Shown here in pieces: positions 53,692 to 62,145 of a stretch of 62,679 nucleotides of DNA (the first letter of the stretch is position 1; every line of letters begins with the position of its first letter). This stretch comes from Enterobacterales bacterium (GTDB taxonomy: Bacteria > Pseudomonadota > Gammaproteobacteria > Enterobacterales > GCA-002770795). The position numbers and the translations under genes are program-made. Location: positions 1-62,679 of the forward strand of contig JBFFIY010000005.1 of the NCBI GenBank assembly GCA_041556195.1. Reading direction: 5' to 3'. Below the pieces are notes generated by a model. The model did not search any database and was not told where the DNA came from. It saw nothing but the letters and a program-made list of their open reading frames with translations.

Positions 53692-53751
53692 GTTTGCATC
53701 ATTTATAGTTACTATATCGTAGAGACAATTTAGTGGTTTGGAGTAACTCAG

Positions 53752-54453
53752 ATGCTAACAAAACAACCAGAACATACCCACTCCAACAAGCTAAGTTGTG
53801 AGTTAACTCATTGTTCTCAAAATGGTTTTGAACAAATATCAAATTTCATCAGCCAAAAATACATGGAAGTGCATCAGGCAAAACTTACACATTTTCTTGA
53901 TTGGCAGTTGACTTTAAGTAATGAAACAACATCATTTACAAAAAACAGTTCAGCTCCATTATCAACAGTAGGTTTAGCCAATGCGGCAGATAAAACCCTC
54001 TATCTTGAACAATATCTTGATAGCCCCTTAGAAGAGCATTTATCTGGTTTGTTTCAACGTAAAATTGAACGACATCAAATCATTGAAATTGGCAATATGG
54101 CCTCTATAAAAGGCATGGGCAGGTTGATGGTATTAACCATGATGAAATATATTGAAGTTAACCATATTGATTACATGGTCTTTACCGCCACCCCTGCATT
54201 ACTCACTATCATGTATAAATTGGGGCTTTGTCCCGTTTCGCTGGCATTAGCTGATCCTGATAAACTCACTGACACTGACACCAACTGGGGACATTATTAC
54301 GATGATAAGCCGGTTGTTGTAGCAGGTAAGGCTTCAACGGCATTGGAACAGCTTAAACGTTGTCCAGAAACAAGAGAATTATTCAACCAATTGCCCACGC
54401 CTCCAGTACACATCCAGGGCGTAGCTCAAAATAAAGACGCTCTATTTGCATGA
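53752..54453 (+). CDS. Thermostable-hemolysin (T_hemolysin) family protein, probably an acyltransferase-fold enzyme rather than a toxin
   Basis: 233 aa with family hallmarks LEQYLDSPLEE, IIEIGNMAS, VFTATPAL, LALADPDKL and WGHYYDDKPVVVAG. Confidence 0.85.
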   Translation: MLTKQPEHTHSNKLSCELTHCSQNGFEQISNFISQKYMEVHQAKLTHFLDWQLTLSNETTSFTKNSSAPLSTVGLANAADKTLYLEQYLDSPLEEHLSGLFQRKIERHQIIEIGNMASIKGMGRLMVLTMMKYIEVNHIDYMVFTATPALLTIMYKLGLCPVSLALADPDKLTDTDTNWGHYYDDKPVVVAGKASTALEQLKRCPETRELFNQLPTPPVHIQGVAQNKDALFA

Positions 54454-55916
54454 GTTTGATATTAAAGGCACTGGCTGAGTCTGAACCGTCTAAAATTATC
54501 GTTAATGACGGTGCCACAACCTTAACTGCCAGTAGTCTTAACCAACAAATTTCTATTATGGCTAATTGGTTAAACAAGCAGCAGCTTAGCTCTGTCGCTT
54601 TGCTTGCCGATAATAATTTACTCTGGTTGATAGTAGATTTAGCCTGCCTTAAATTAAATCTGGTATTAATACCCGTTCCCGCTTTTTTTTCTGCTGAACA
54701 ACAAAAACATGTTTTAAACGATTCTGGAGCAGAACTTTTACTAACAGATGGCACTGAACAAACATCAGGCATAGTGAATTTTAACGCAAAAAGATTGAAA
54801 GCAACATCTGTTCCACTCCCAAAGAACTGTGCCAAAATTACATATACTTCAGGAACTACTGGAAACCCTAAAGGTGTTTGCTTAAGCCTGGAACAAATGG
54901 AAGCTGTAGCAAGTTCAATTGCTGATGTCGCTAAAGAAGCCGGGGTTAACACCCATTTATGTCTTTTGCCCCTGGCAGTTTTATTAGAAAATATTGGTGG
55001 GATCTATACGCCTCTATTAGCAGGTATTAAAATTGAATTAAGACCACTATCCCAGCTGGGTTTCACCAACACCGGCTTAAATGATATCAATGTCTTAATT
55101 CAAACTCTGAATGAATGCCAACCAGAAAGCTTTATTTTGGTCCCACAAATGTTGCCAATTTTCATAGAAATAGCGCTTCAAAGCCCCCCCCCGGACAATT
55201 TAAAACTTATTGCTCTAGGTGGAGGTAAAACGGCTACAGAAACATTACAAAAAGCTATCAAACTTGGCCTTCCTATTTACGAAGGATACGGATTATCAGA
55301 ATGTGCTTCCGTGGTAGCAATGAACCGCCCATCATCAAATCGACCAGGTAGCGTTGGAAAAGTTTTGCCTCATGTACAAGTGCAAATTGCTCAGGATGGT
55401 GAAATTTCTATCAACGGAAATAGCATGTTGGGTTATCTGGGCAGTTCTGGTCATGATGGAAAAATCACTACTGGTGATATTGGCCATATGGATAAACAAG
55501 ATTATCTTTATATCGAAGGTCGAAAAAAGAATACCATTATTACAGGAATGGGTAGAAATGTTGCACCCGAATGGGTTGAATCAGAACTGATGGCTAGTGG
55601 GTATTTTGATCAAGTTATGGTTTACGGCGATGAACAAATCGGCATTAATGCACTTTTAGTATTGAATGAATTAGTAGAAAAAAAGCTGGTGGAAAATGAC
55701 TTGGTTGGAATAAAAACAAGCACTGACATTGAAAGAGAACTTAAAACCACGATCAATAAAGTCAACAACAAACTACCGGATTATGCGCGAATTCAATCCT
55801 TTGAATTAAGTTTACCTTTTACAAATAATGAATTGACTCCCAATGGGCGTTTAAGGCGTCAACAAATTTTAAATAACAGGGCTTCTTTTTTAAGGCAAAA
55901 TGAGCTCGCCAACTAA
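54450..55916 (+). CDS. AMP-binding (ANL-superfamily, long-chain acyl-CoA-synthetase-like) adenylating enzyme
   Basis: 488 aa with YTSGTTGNPKGV (A3), GYGLSE (A5), TGDIGHMD (A7), GRKKNTII (A8) and a C-terminal ELTPNGRLRR. There is a 4-nt overlap with the upstream gene. Confidence 0.9.
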   Translation: MSLILKALAESEPSKIIVNDGATTLTASSLNQQISIMANWLNKQQLSSVALLADNNLLWLIVDLACLKLNLVLIPVPAFFSAEQQKHVLNDSGAELLLTDGTEQTSGIVNFNAKRLKATSVPLPKNCAKITYTSGTTGNPKGVCLSLEQMEAVASSIADVAKEAGVNTHLCLLPLAVLLENIGGIYTPLLAGIKIELRPLSQLGFTNTGLNDINVLIQTLNECQPESFILVPQMLPIFIEIALQSPPPDNLKLIALGGGKTATETLQKAIKLGLPIYEGYGLSECASVVAMNRPSSNRPGSVGKVLPHVQVQIAQDGEISINGNSMLGYLGSSGHDGKITTGDIGHMDKQDYLYIEGRKKNTIITGMGRNVAPEWVESELMASGYFDQVMVYGDEQIGINALLVLNELVEKKLVENDLVGIKTSTDIERELKTTINKVNNKLPDYARIQSFELSLPFTNNELTPNGRLRRQQILNNRASFLRQNELAN

Positions 55917-55950
55917 TTAATTAAAAACTGAACCTAAAAAGGAAAAGCTT

Positions 55951-56607
55951 TTGAGTTTCTTTGAAAAAATCATTTCATCGACAATTGATGAAAAAAAATA
56001 CCTTTATAGTGCTCCCCTACTGGTAAATTGCCAGAAGGGTGTTATCACTCTACCCCAGTATGTCACTTTTTTAAGCCAGGCTTATCACCATGTAAAGCAC
56101 ACCGTCCCCTTGCTCATGGCAACAGGTTCTCGATTGACCGATAAATATGAATGGTTAAGGAAAGCCATTGCAGAGTACATAGATGAAGAAATTGGCCATG
56201 AAGAGTGGATATTAAACGATATATCAGCCTGTGGTGCTGATGCGGAATTGGTTCGAAATTCACTCCCGGCACCTGCAACTGAATTTATGGTTTCCTATGC
56301 TTATGATAGCGTTAGCAGGCTAAATCCAGCCAGTTTTTTTGGTATGGTCTATGTGCTTGAAAGTACCAGTGTAGAGTTAGCAACACCGCTTGGACAAATC
56401 ACTCAAGACAGTCTAACTTTGCCTCCAACAGCTATGAGTTATTTGTATAGTCACGGAAGTTTAGATATCAAACACATGGACTTTTTTAAATCTTTAATGA
56501 ATAAAATAGACTCCCCTGATGACCAACAGGCCATAATCCACATGGCCAAAAGAATGTATTTTCTCTATGGCAATATGTTTCGTTCTATCACCGATAATGA
56601 GGTATAA
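55951..56607 (+). CDS. Heme-oxygenase-like di-iron (TenA/PqqC/CADD-type iron-containing redox enzyme) family protein
   Basis: 218 aa, all-helical. Candidate ligand motifs are EEIGHEEW (ExxH), VLES and SLDIKHMD (DxxH). TTG start with AAGGAAAA about 8 nt upstream. Confidence 0.7.
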   Translation: MSFFEKIISSTIDEKKYLYSAPLLVNCQKGVITLPQYVTFLSQAYHHVKHTVPLLMATGSRLTDKYEWLRKAIAEYIDEEIGHEEWILNDISACGADAELVRNSLPAPATEFMVSYAYDSVSRLNPASFFGMVYVLESTSVELATPLGQITQDSLTLPPTAMSYLYSHGSLDIKHMDFFKSLMNKIDSPDDQQAIIHMAKRMYFLYGNMFRSITDNEV

Positions 56608-56610
56608 GCG

Positions 56611-57381
56611 ATGAAATGGATTTTATTAACGGGCGCAACTGGTGGTATCGGACAAGCCATGGCCAAAGCTTTATCTAATAATGGTTACTCCTTGATTTTA
56701 AATGCCCGTGATGAGAAACGTTTAAAATCTGTCATCGCTTCTTTAAAGGGTGAAAATCGAATATTGAATGCAGATATTTCTACCAATGAAGGTAGAAAAA
56801 AAATTGACACTTTTTTAGATGAAAAACAAATTAAATTGGATAAAGTAATTTTTAATGCCGGCATTAATGATTTCTCTCTATTTTCTAATCAAAATTCATC
56901 TGCCATTATCAATCAACTTGAACTTAATTTACTCTCCCCTATTTTATTAACCCAATTATTGATACCACATCTGGCTGAGAAGGCACATTTAGTTTATATC
57001 GGATCAACCTTTGGAGCTATTGGGTTTCCTGGTTACGCCTCATATTGTGCCAGTAAATCAGGTCTTAGAGGATTTGCCCAGGCAATGGGAAGGGAGTTAT
57101 CTGACCAACATATAAACGTAAGCTATTTTGCTCCCAGAGCGACGGATACAGAAATGAACACTGAAAAAGTTGTCTCTATGAATAAAGAGTTAGGCTCTCA
57201 CATGGATAAACCTGAAGTAGTAGCCAATGAATTACTAAAACTCATTAAAAGCCCGGTTCCTGAGAAATTTATAGGGTATCCAGAAAAAATTTTTGCCAGA
57301 CTAAATGGTTTACTCCCCAAATTTGTCGGTAATCAAATTATAAAGAATCTAAATACAATTAAACTATTTGCCTCGAAATAG
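56611..57381 (+). CDS. Short-chain dehydrogenase/reductase (SDR)
   Basis: 256 aa with TGATGGIG, NAG and the Ser...YCASK catalytic motif. Confidence 0.9.
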   Translation: MKWILLTGATGGIGQAMAKALSNNGYSLILNARDEKRLKSVIASLKGENRILNADISTNEGRKKIDTFLDEKQIKLDKVIFNAGINDFSLFSNQNSSAIINQLELNLLSPILLTQLLIPHLAEKAHLVYIGSTFGAIGFPGYASYCASKSGLRGFAQAMGRELSDQHINVSYFAPRATDTEMNTEKVVSMNKELGSHMDKPEVVANELLKLIKSPVPEKFIGYPEKIFARLNGLLPKFVGNQIIKNLNTIKLFASK

Positions 57382-57505
57382 ATTTAGCTGCGAGTTGCGA
57401 CAAAAATGCAGGAGCAATTTTTGAACAGCTTTAGCTGGCCCGTAGGGCGAAAAACAGGGATGTTTTGAGTAATTTCGAGCAAATAACAACAAGTAGGAAA
57501 ATAAA

Positions 57506-58213
57506 ATGACTTTAATCTCAAAAATTAATTTAAGGGTTCTCCGCTGGATACTTTCATTCACGTTACTTAGTATCACGACTATTAGTTCAAGTCTTGTTTT
57601 TGCGGATGGAATAACAACGTCAAAAAACCAAAATCCACAACAGGTTGTCAATCAACTGATGAAACAATGGGCTATTATTAACTATCAAACTGATAAAAAA
57701 CAGCAAGAAAAAGCTTTTAAAACGCTGGTAGAACAGGCACATGAATATTCAGAAAAACTTGAAAATTCTGCTGAAATTAAAATATGGAACGGAATTATCT
57801 TATCAACTTATGCTGGCGCAAAAGGCGGCTTAGGCGCACTCAAATATGTTAAAAAAGCTAAAAAATCTTTAGAAACTGCCCTTAAGCTCAATCCTTCTGC
57901 ATTAAATGGTTCTGCTTATACCAGTTTAGGGAGCCTTTATTATCAAGTACCCGGTTGGCCGATTGGTTTTGGTAGTGATAAAAAAGCTGAAATGTTTTTA
58001 CAACAAGCTTTATCAATCAACCCTGATGGTATCGATCCAAACTATTTTTATGCTGACTTTCTATTTGAAGATGGAAAATATGCTAAAGCCCTACAACATG
58101 CCAATAATGCCTTAAAAGCAGCTGATCGTCTTAATCGACCTATTGCCGACAAAGGTCGAAGAGAAGAATTAGCTAAGCTCGTGAGTAAAATAGAAAAAAA
58201 AATGTCTCGTTAA
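57506..58213 (+). CDS. Secreted tetratricopeptide-repeat protein
   Basis: 235 aa with a signal peptide and TPR-like helices (AEMFLQQALSINPDGIDPNYFYADFLFEDGKYAKALQHANNALK). Confidence 0.75.
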   Translation: MTLISKINLRVLRWILSFTLLSITTISSSLVFADGITTSKNQNPQQVVNQLMKQWAIINYQTDKKQQEKAFKTLVEQAHEYSEKLENSAEIKIWNGIILSTYAGAKGGLGALKYVKKAKKSLETALKLNPSALNGSAYTSLGSLYYQVPGWPIGFGSDKKAEMFLQQALSINPDGIDPNYFYADFLFEDGKYAKALQHANNALKAADRLNRPIADKGRREELAKLVSKIEKKMSR

Positions 58214-58257
58214 TTTATTAGTATAAACTATAAGAAATAATTAAATAGAAAAAACAT

Positions 58258-58950
58258 ATGCGCTTATTATTGGTAGAAGATGATGAATTGCTTGGTGAAG
58301 GTGTTAAAGATGCCTTAATCCGTGCTCAATATGCAGTTGACTGGGTCATGGATGGCGAAGCAGCATTGCATGCTATTGAAGTAGAATCATTTGATCTCAT
58401 TGTACTTGATTTAGGCTTGCCAAAAATTGATGGCCTGACAGTCCTTAAGCAGATGCGCCATAAATCTATTAATACCGCTGTTATCATATTAACCGCTAAA
58501 GATGCACTTGAAGATAGATTGGCTGGACTAGATGCCGGTGCAGATGATTATGTTAATAAACCATTTGAACTGGCCGAGCTTAAAGCTAGAATTAGAGCAA
58601 TAAGCAGGCGCGTTGCAGGTACAGGTAACCCTACGCTTAAAGTGGGCCCATTAACCCTTGATCCTAAATCGGCAGAGGTTACAAAATCCGGTAAACCAGT
58701 TTTGTTATCTCGAAGAGAATACCAATTTTTACACCAACTTATGCAACACTCCAATGAAATACTCTCCAAAGAACGTTTATTTCAAGGAATTTATGATTGG
58801 TCTGATGATGTATCCAGCAATACAGTCGATGTTCACATACATAACCTGAGAAAAAAACTCGGTGAGAACCTAATCAAAAATACTCGCGGTTTAGGTTACT
58901 CGATTGATACGGCAAAGCATACAGAAAAACATACAGGAAACGATTGTTAA
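58258..58950 (+). CDS. OmpR-family response regulator, PmrA/BasR/QseB subgroup
   Basis: 230 aa. Collinear with PmrA/QseB: LLLVEDD, LIVLDLGLPKIDGL, ILTAKD, GADDYVNKPF and VDVHIHNLRKKLG. Confidence 0.9.
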   Translation: MRLLLVEDDELLGEGVKDALIRAQYAVDWVMDGEAALHAIEVESFDLIVLDLGLPKIDGLTVLKQMRHKSINTAVIILTAKDALEDRLAGLDAGADDYVNKPFELAELKARIRAISRRVAGTGNPTLKVGPLTLDPKSAEVTKSGKPVLLSRREYQFLHQLMQHSNEILSKERLFQGIYDWSDDVSSNTVDVHIHNLRKKLGENLIKNTRGLGYSIDTAKHTEKHTGNDC

Positions 58951-60359
58951 TGTTCTCTTTACAGGCAAAACTGAGTTTAGTTATTGGAGGATTCGTTTTA
59001 ATCATCCAACTCCTCACAGCCTCGTTAAGTTATACCCATGCGGCACATGAAATTGAAGAAGTCTATGATGCAGAACTCTCAAGAGTCGCTCGATTAATGA
59101 TGGGACTGATGGGCGAAGAAATGGATGAACGCCTTTCACAACAAATTCAAGAAGCCTTAAATACTTTTGATTCCAGTTTGCTACCCGATAAAGATTTAGG
59201 GATTTTAAGTGTCGAGGAAGAAGGCACACCAGCAGGACATGTTTATGAAAAACTCACACTTTTATCGGTATGGGAAAATAATAAACTTTTATTTTCAACC
59301 CACCCCATCGCTCAAATAGAATCACCTGTAGCAGGTTATGCCTGGTTAGAAATCAATCAGGAACCATGGAGAGGGTTTTCAATAAAAGAGGCAAAACATA
59401 ACAGAATCATACTGGTTGCCCAAGATGGACACATACGAGAAGAAATGGTTAAAGAAGTCGCGTTAGATCCGGAACTGTTTAAATTACTTTTTGGCGTTCC
59501 ATTGGTGGTATTGATTGTTTGGTTCGGAACAGGTTTAGGTCTTCGTTCTCTGCATAAACTCAGTCAACAGGTGTCAGAAAGAAATGCTGACAATCTGATT
59601 GCTGTTGATTTACCCGGCATTCCTAAAGAGTTATCAACTTTGGTTTTTACCCTGAATCAATTTATGGAAGTCTTAGATAAGGTTTTCAAAAGAGAACGGC
59701 GTTTTACCGCCGATGCTGCCCACGAATTAAAAACACCATTGGCAGCTTTGCGTATACATGTCGAAAACTCACTAGAAGCAAAAACAGAACAACAAAGAAA
59801 CAAATCTTTGCGCTCTGTTTTACAAGGCATTGATAGAATGTCGCGTGTCGTGAAACAACTACTCACGTTGTCAAGACTTGAACCCAAGCAATTCTCACAA
59901 TCTAAATTTAAAAAAATATCCCTGAATTTTTGCATGGAAGATATCCTTGATGAAATAAAACGCTCTGCCGAAAAAAAATCCATAAAGCTAGTTGTCTCTG
60001 GTGAGGCGCATATATTTGGCGACAGAGCAAGCCTTGAAACAATGCTCAGGAACCTGTTGGACAATGCCATTCAATACACACCAGAAAATGGAATAGTCTC
60101 TGTTCAGTTTTTACAAGAATCCTGGACAAGCAGACTCATCATTGAAGACTCTGGACCTGGGATCGCTGAAACTGAAAGAGCAAAAGTTTTACAGCGATTT
60201 TATCGCACACCGGGTAGCAAGGGCTCTGGAGTTGGCTTAGGGTTATCGATTATCCATAGAATTGTTCAACTTCACCAGGCGGAACTTACCCTTGAATCCA
60301 GCCAGCTCGGTGGATTAAAGACTGAAATTAAATTTTCCTCATCGGTTAAATCAGAATAA
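58950..60359 (+). CDS. Sensor histidine kinase (QseC/PmrB-like architecture)
   Basis: Two TM segments flank a periplasmic domain of about 150 aa. Has HAMP, the H-box AAHELKTPLAAL, the N-box LLDNAIQYT and the G-box GSGVGLGLSI. I place the start at the ATG overlapping the RR stop (TAATG). The ORF track opens at a TTG at 58944. Confidence 0.9.
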   Translation: MFSLQAKLSLVIGGFVLIIQLLTASLSYTHAAHEIEEVYDAELSRVARLMMGLMGEEMDERLSQQIQEALNTFDSSLLPDKDLGILSVEEEGTPAGHVYEKLTLLSVWENNKLLFSTHPIAQIESPVAGYAWLEINQEPWRGFSIKEAKHNRIILVAQDGHIREEMVKEVALDPELFKLLFGVPLVVLIVWFGTGLGLRSLHKLSQQVSERNADNLIAVDLPGIPKELSTLVFTLNQFMEVLDKVFKRERRFTADAAHELKTPLAALRIHVENSLEAKTEQQRNKSLRSVLQGIDRMSRVVKQLLTLSRLEPKQFSQSKFKKISLNFCMEDILDEIKRSAEKKSIKLVVSGEAHIFGDRASLETMLRNLLDNAIQYTPENGIVSVQFLQESWTSRLIIEDSGPGIAETERAKVLQRFYRTPGSKGSGVGLGLSIIHRIVQLHQAELTLESSQLGGLKTEIKFSSSVKSE

Positions 60360-60362
60360 ATC

Positions 60363-61523
60363 ATGAAAAATATAACCCCCGCACTATTACTCATTATCGG
60401 CTTACCTTTAACAGCAGATGCAGATGAATTTAACTGGGGTTTTGACTTTTATGGAGATCTACGCGCCGGCTATTTTACAATAAATAGAGATGACAGAAAT
60501 GATACCATAAATACTACAGACGAATTCCGCAGCAGAATTCGCCTTGGGCTCAAAAAAGATTTAGGTTATGGCTGGAGTTTTGCCAGTCGATTTGCAGGAC
60601 GTTATAGTACCAAAGAAGGCAATCATGGTTTTACTTTCGACGACCATACATTAAAAACAGATGGGTTGAGCCTTGGTCGTTCAACACTGGATGAAAGTTA
60701 CTTTCTTTATCAATCCAATAAGCAATCAAAAAATCAATGGTCATTACAATTTGGCCGATTCCAGACAAAATATGAACTACCCGGTGTTGCCAAAAAATCT
60801 CTTAGCCGAAATGAAAGCCCGAATACAGACATCACCTGGACAGATGGTATTTCATTTCGTTCTAAAATATTTTCAGACTGGGACTCTAATGTTATTTTGC
60901 AATATAACCCCAAAGATAACCCGACAACCGTTCAACGCGCTCCCCTTGATTTTGAAGAAGCGCCTTTAACCGCTTTCTGGCATATACAAAATAAGAAAAA
61001 ATGGGGACCCATTGTGTATCGTGGTTTTAATATCACCCATATCCCTGATGCACTTCCAACCGTTACTGCACAGGGTAATTTAAACAATCCTGGAAAACTG
61101 GACAACTACACAGCAATAACCGCCGCTGCCGCTGCCAAATGGCCAATTGGAGAGCATGGCATGTCATTTATGTTAGCGTCAGAAATTGGCCTGGCTCTAA
61201 ACCCACCTGAAAACAGCTTAACCAAACTCCCGGCAAATGGAGACAGCGATAGAACAGCTTATCAAGTCACCTTTAATCTCATCAACTTCGCACCGAGCCA
61301 TAGTATTGGACTGGTTTTGGGACAGGCAGACGCAGGTTGGTTAATATCCCCTGACTTCACCCCAAATCAACAGCTAACAGAGCTTCGTTACAAATGGCAA
61401 ATACATAAAAAACTCAAACTTGAGGCCAGATTCAGACAAAGAAAAGATGTGGATTTACAAGTTAATAAGCTCAAAAAACGTGAAGATCAGGATTTTTATT
61501 TCAGATTAACTTATAAGTTTTAG
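60363..61523 (+). CDS. Outer-membrane beta-barrel (porin-like) protein, uncharacterised
   Basis: 386 aa with a signal peptide and alternating beta-strand patterns. It ends in the C-terminal YFRLTYKF signature. It starts 4 nt after the kinase stop. Confidence 0.7.
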   Translation: MKNITPALLLIIGLPLTADADEFNWGFDFYGDLRAGYFTINRDDRNDTINTTDEFRSRIRLGLKKDLGYGWSFASRFAGRYSTKEGNHGFTFDDHTLKTDGLSLGRSTLDESYFLYQSNKQSKNQWSLQFGRFQTKYELPGVAKKSLSRNESPNTDITWTDGISFRSKIFSDWDSNVILQYNPKDNPTTVQRAPLDFEEAPLTAFWHIQNKKKWGPIVYRGFNITHIPDALPTVTAQGNLNNPGKLDNYTAITAAAAAKWPIGEHGMSFMLASEIGLALNPPENSLTKLPANGDSDRTAYQVTFNLINFAPSHSIGLVLGQADAGWLISPDFTPNQQLTELRYKWQIHKKLKLEARFRQRKDVDLQVNKLKKREDQDFYFRLTYKF

Positions 61524-61562
61524 TTCAAACTTGAAATGATAATTTTAGAGACAAGTTTGAAC
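61523..61562 (+). terminator. Stem-loop immediately after the barrel gene (11-bp perfect stem)
   Basis: gttcaaacttg-N18-caagtttgaac overlaps the stop codon. There is no clean U-tract, so intrinsic-terminator status is uncertain. Confidence 0.4.
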
Positions 61563-62145
61563 TTAATCTCACAGCCAGATTGAATCCACAACACATAGCT
61601 ACCACTGGTATTTCTAAAACCAAGGAGCAAAAACGCCATCATAGCCGCCAACCAAAAATTTCGAGTTGGGTTGATTTTCGTGATATATACCCGTAAAGCT
61701 TGTATTAAAACCTCCAGTTGACTACTGGTATATAACGGACATCGAGATTTTAAGTTGTTAGGCTCTAAGTGACCCAAAGCAGTCACTCAGAGCGTTGTTC
61801 CAATGGTCTGCTGTTATCTTAAAGCGGACATTTGCATACATCGGCCTAACAGTAGCTATGCAACAAATTCGACCATGTTAATTTGCGCCGAAAAGTGTTC
61901 CTCCTTATTGCATTGAAATTTGATCCGCTTAAATCAATGTAAGTAATCAGACTAATAAAACATTATTGCGGATTACTTTTATGTGCAAATATTAGTCTAA
62001 ATTGGTGCAATCTTGCGTGTAAATCAACACATTGGTTATTCAATGAAATTTGGGCTAACCGTAATTTTTAGATATTCTTAGCAAAAATACACTTTTGAGG
62101 CTAATTGTACTAATTCAATTGTGATAAAGTATCGGTAAGAATACT

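Noticed and set aside
53752-54453. A genuine thermostable hemolysin or pore-forming toxin gene (virulence factor)
   Set aside because: The protein has no signal peptide and no amphipathic or TM pore features. It is the first gene of an enzyme operon (ligase, di-iron protein, SDR). An enzymatic acyltransferase-like role explains the family name better, although this is inference.
54383-54952. 189-aa antisense ORF spanning the hemolysin-family/ligase junction. Similar long antisense ORFs lie at 19219-19725 in purL, 43236-43643 in pepA and 59657-60070 in the kinase.
   Set aside because: All are embedded opposite genes with strong family signatures. They have no recognisable motifs or plausible ribosome-binding sites. 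These are typical shadow ORFs.
61520-61786. 88-aa minus-strand ORF downstream of the barrel gene
   Set aside because: It runs through the stem-loop and overlaps the barrel-gene stop. It has an odd composition and no ribosome-binding site. It is treated as non-coding.
61757-61850. GTTAGGC ... GCCTAAC read as the core and inverse-core sites of a single attC
   Set aside because: The order is wrong on either strand. A single attC has RYYYAAC at the 5' end and GTTRRRY at the 3' end. The intervening sequence does not fold as one R''-L''/L'-R' structure. The motifs could at most be the ends of two neighbouring decayed sites, so this is kept only as a note inside a lower-interest finding.
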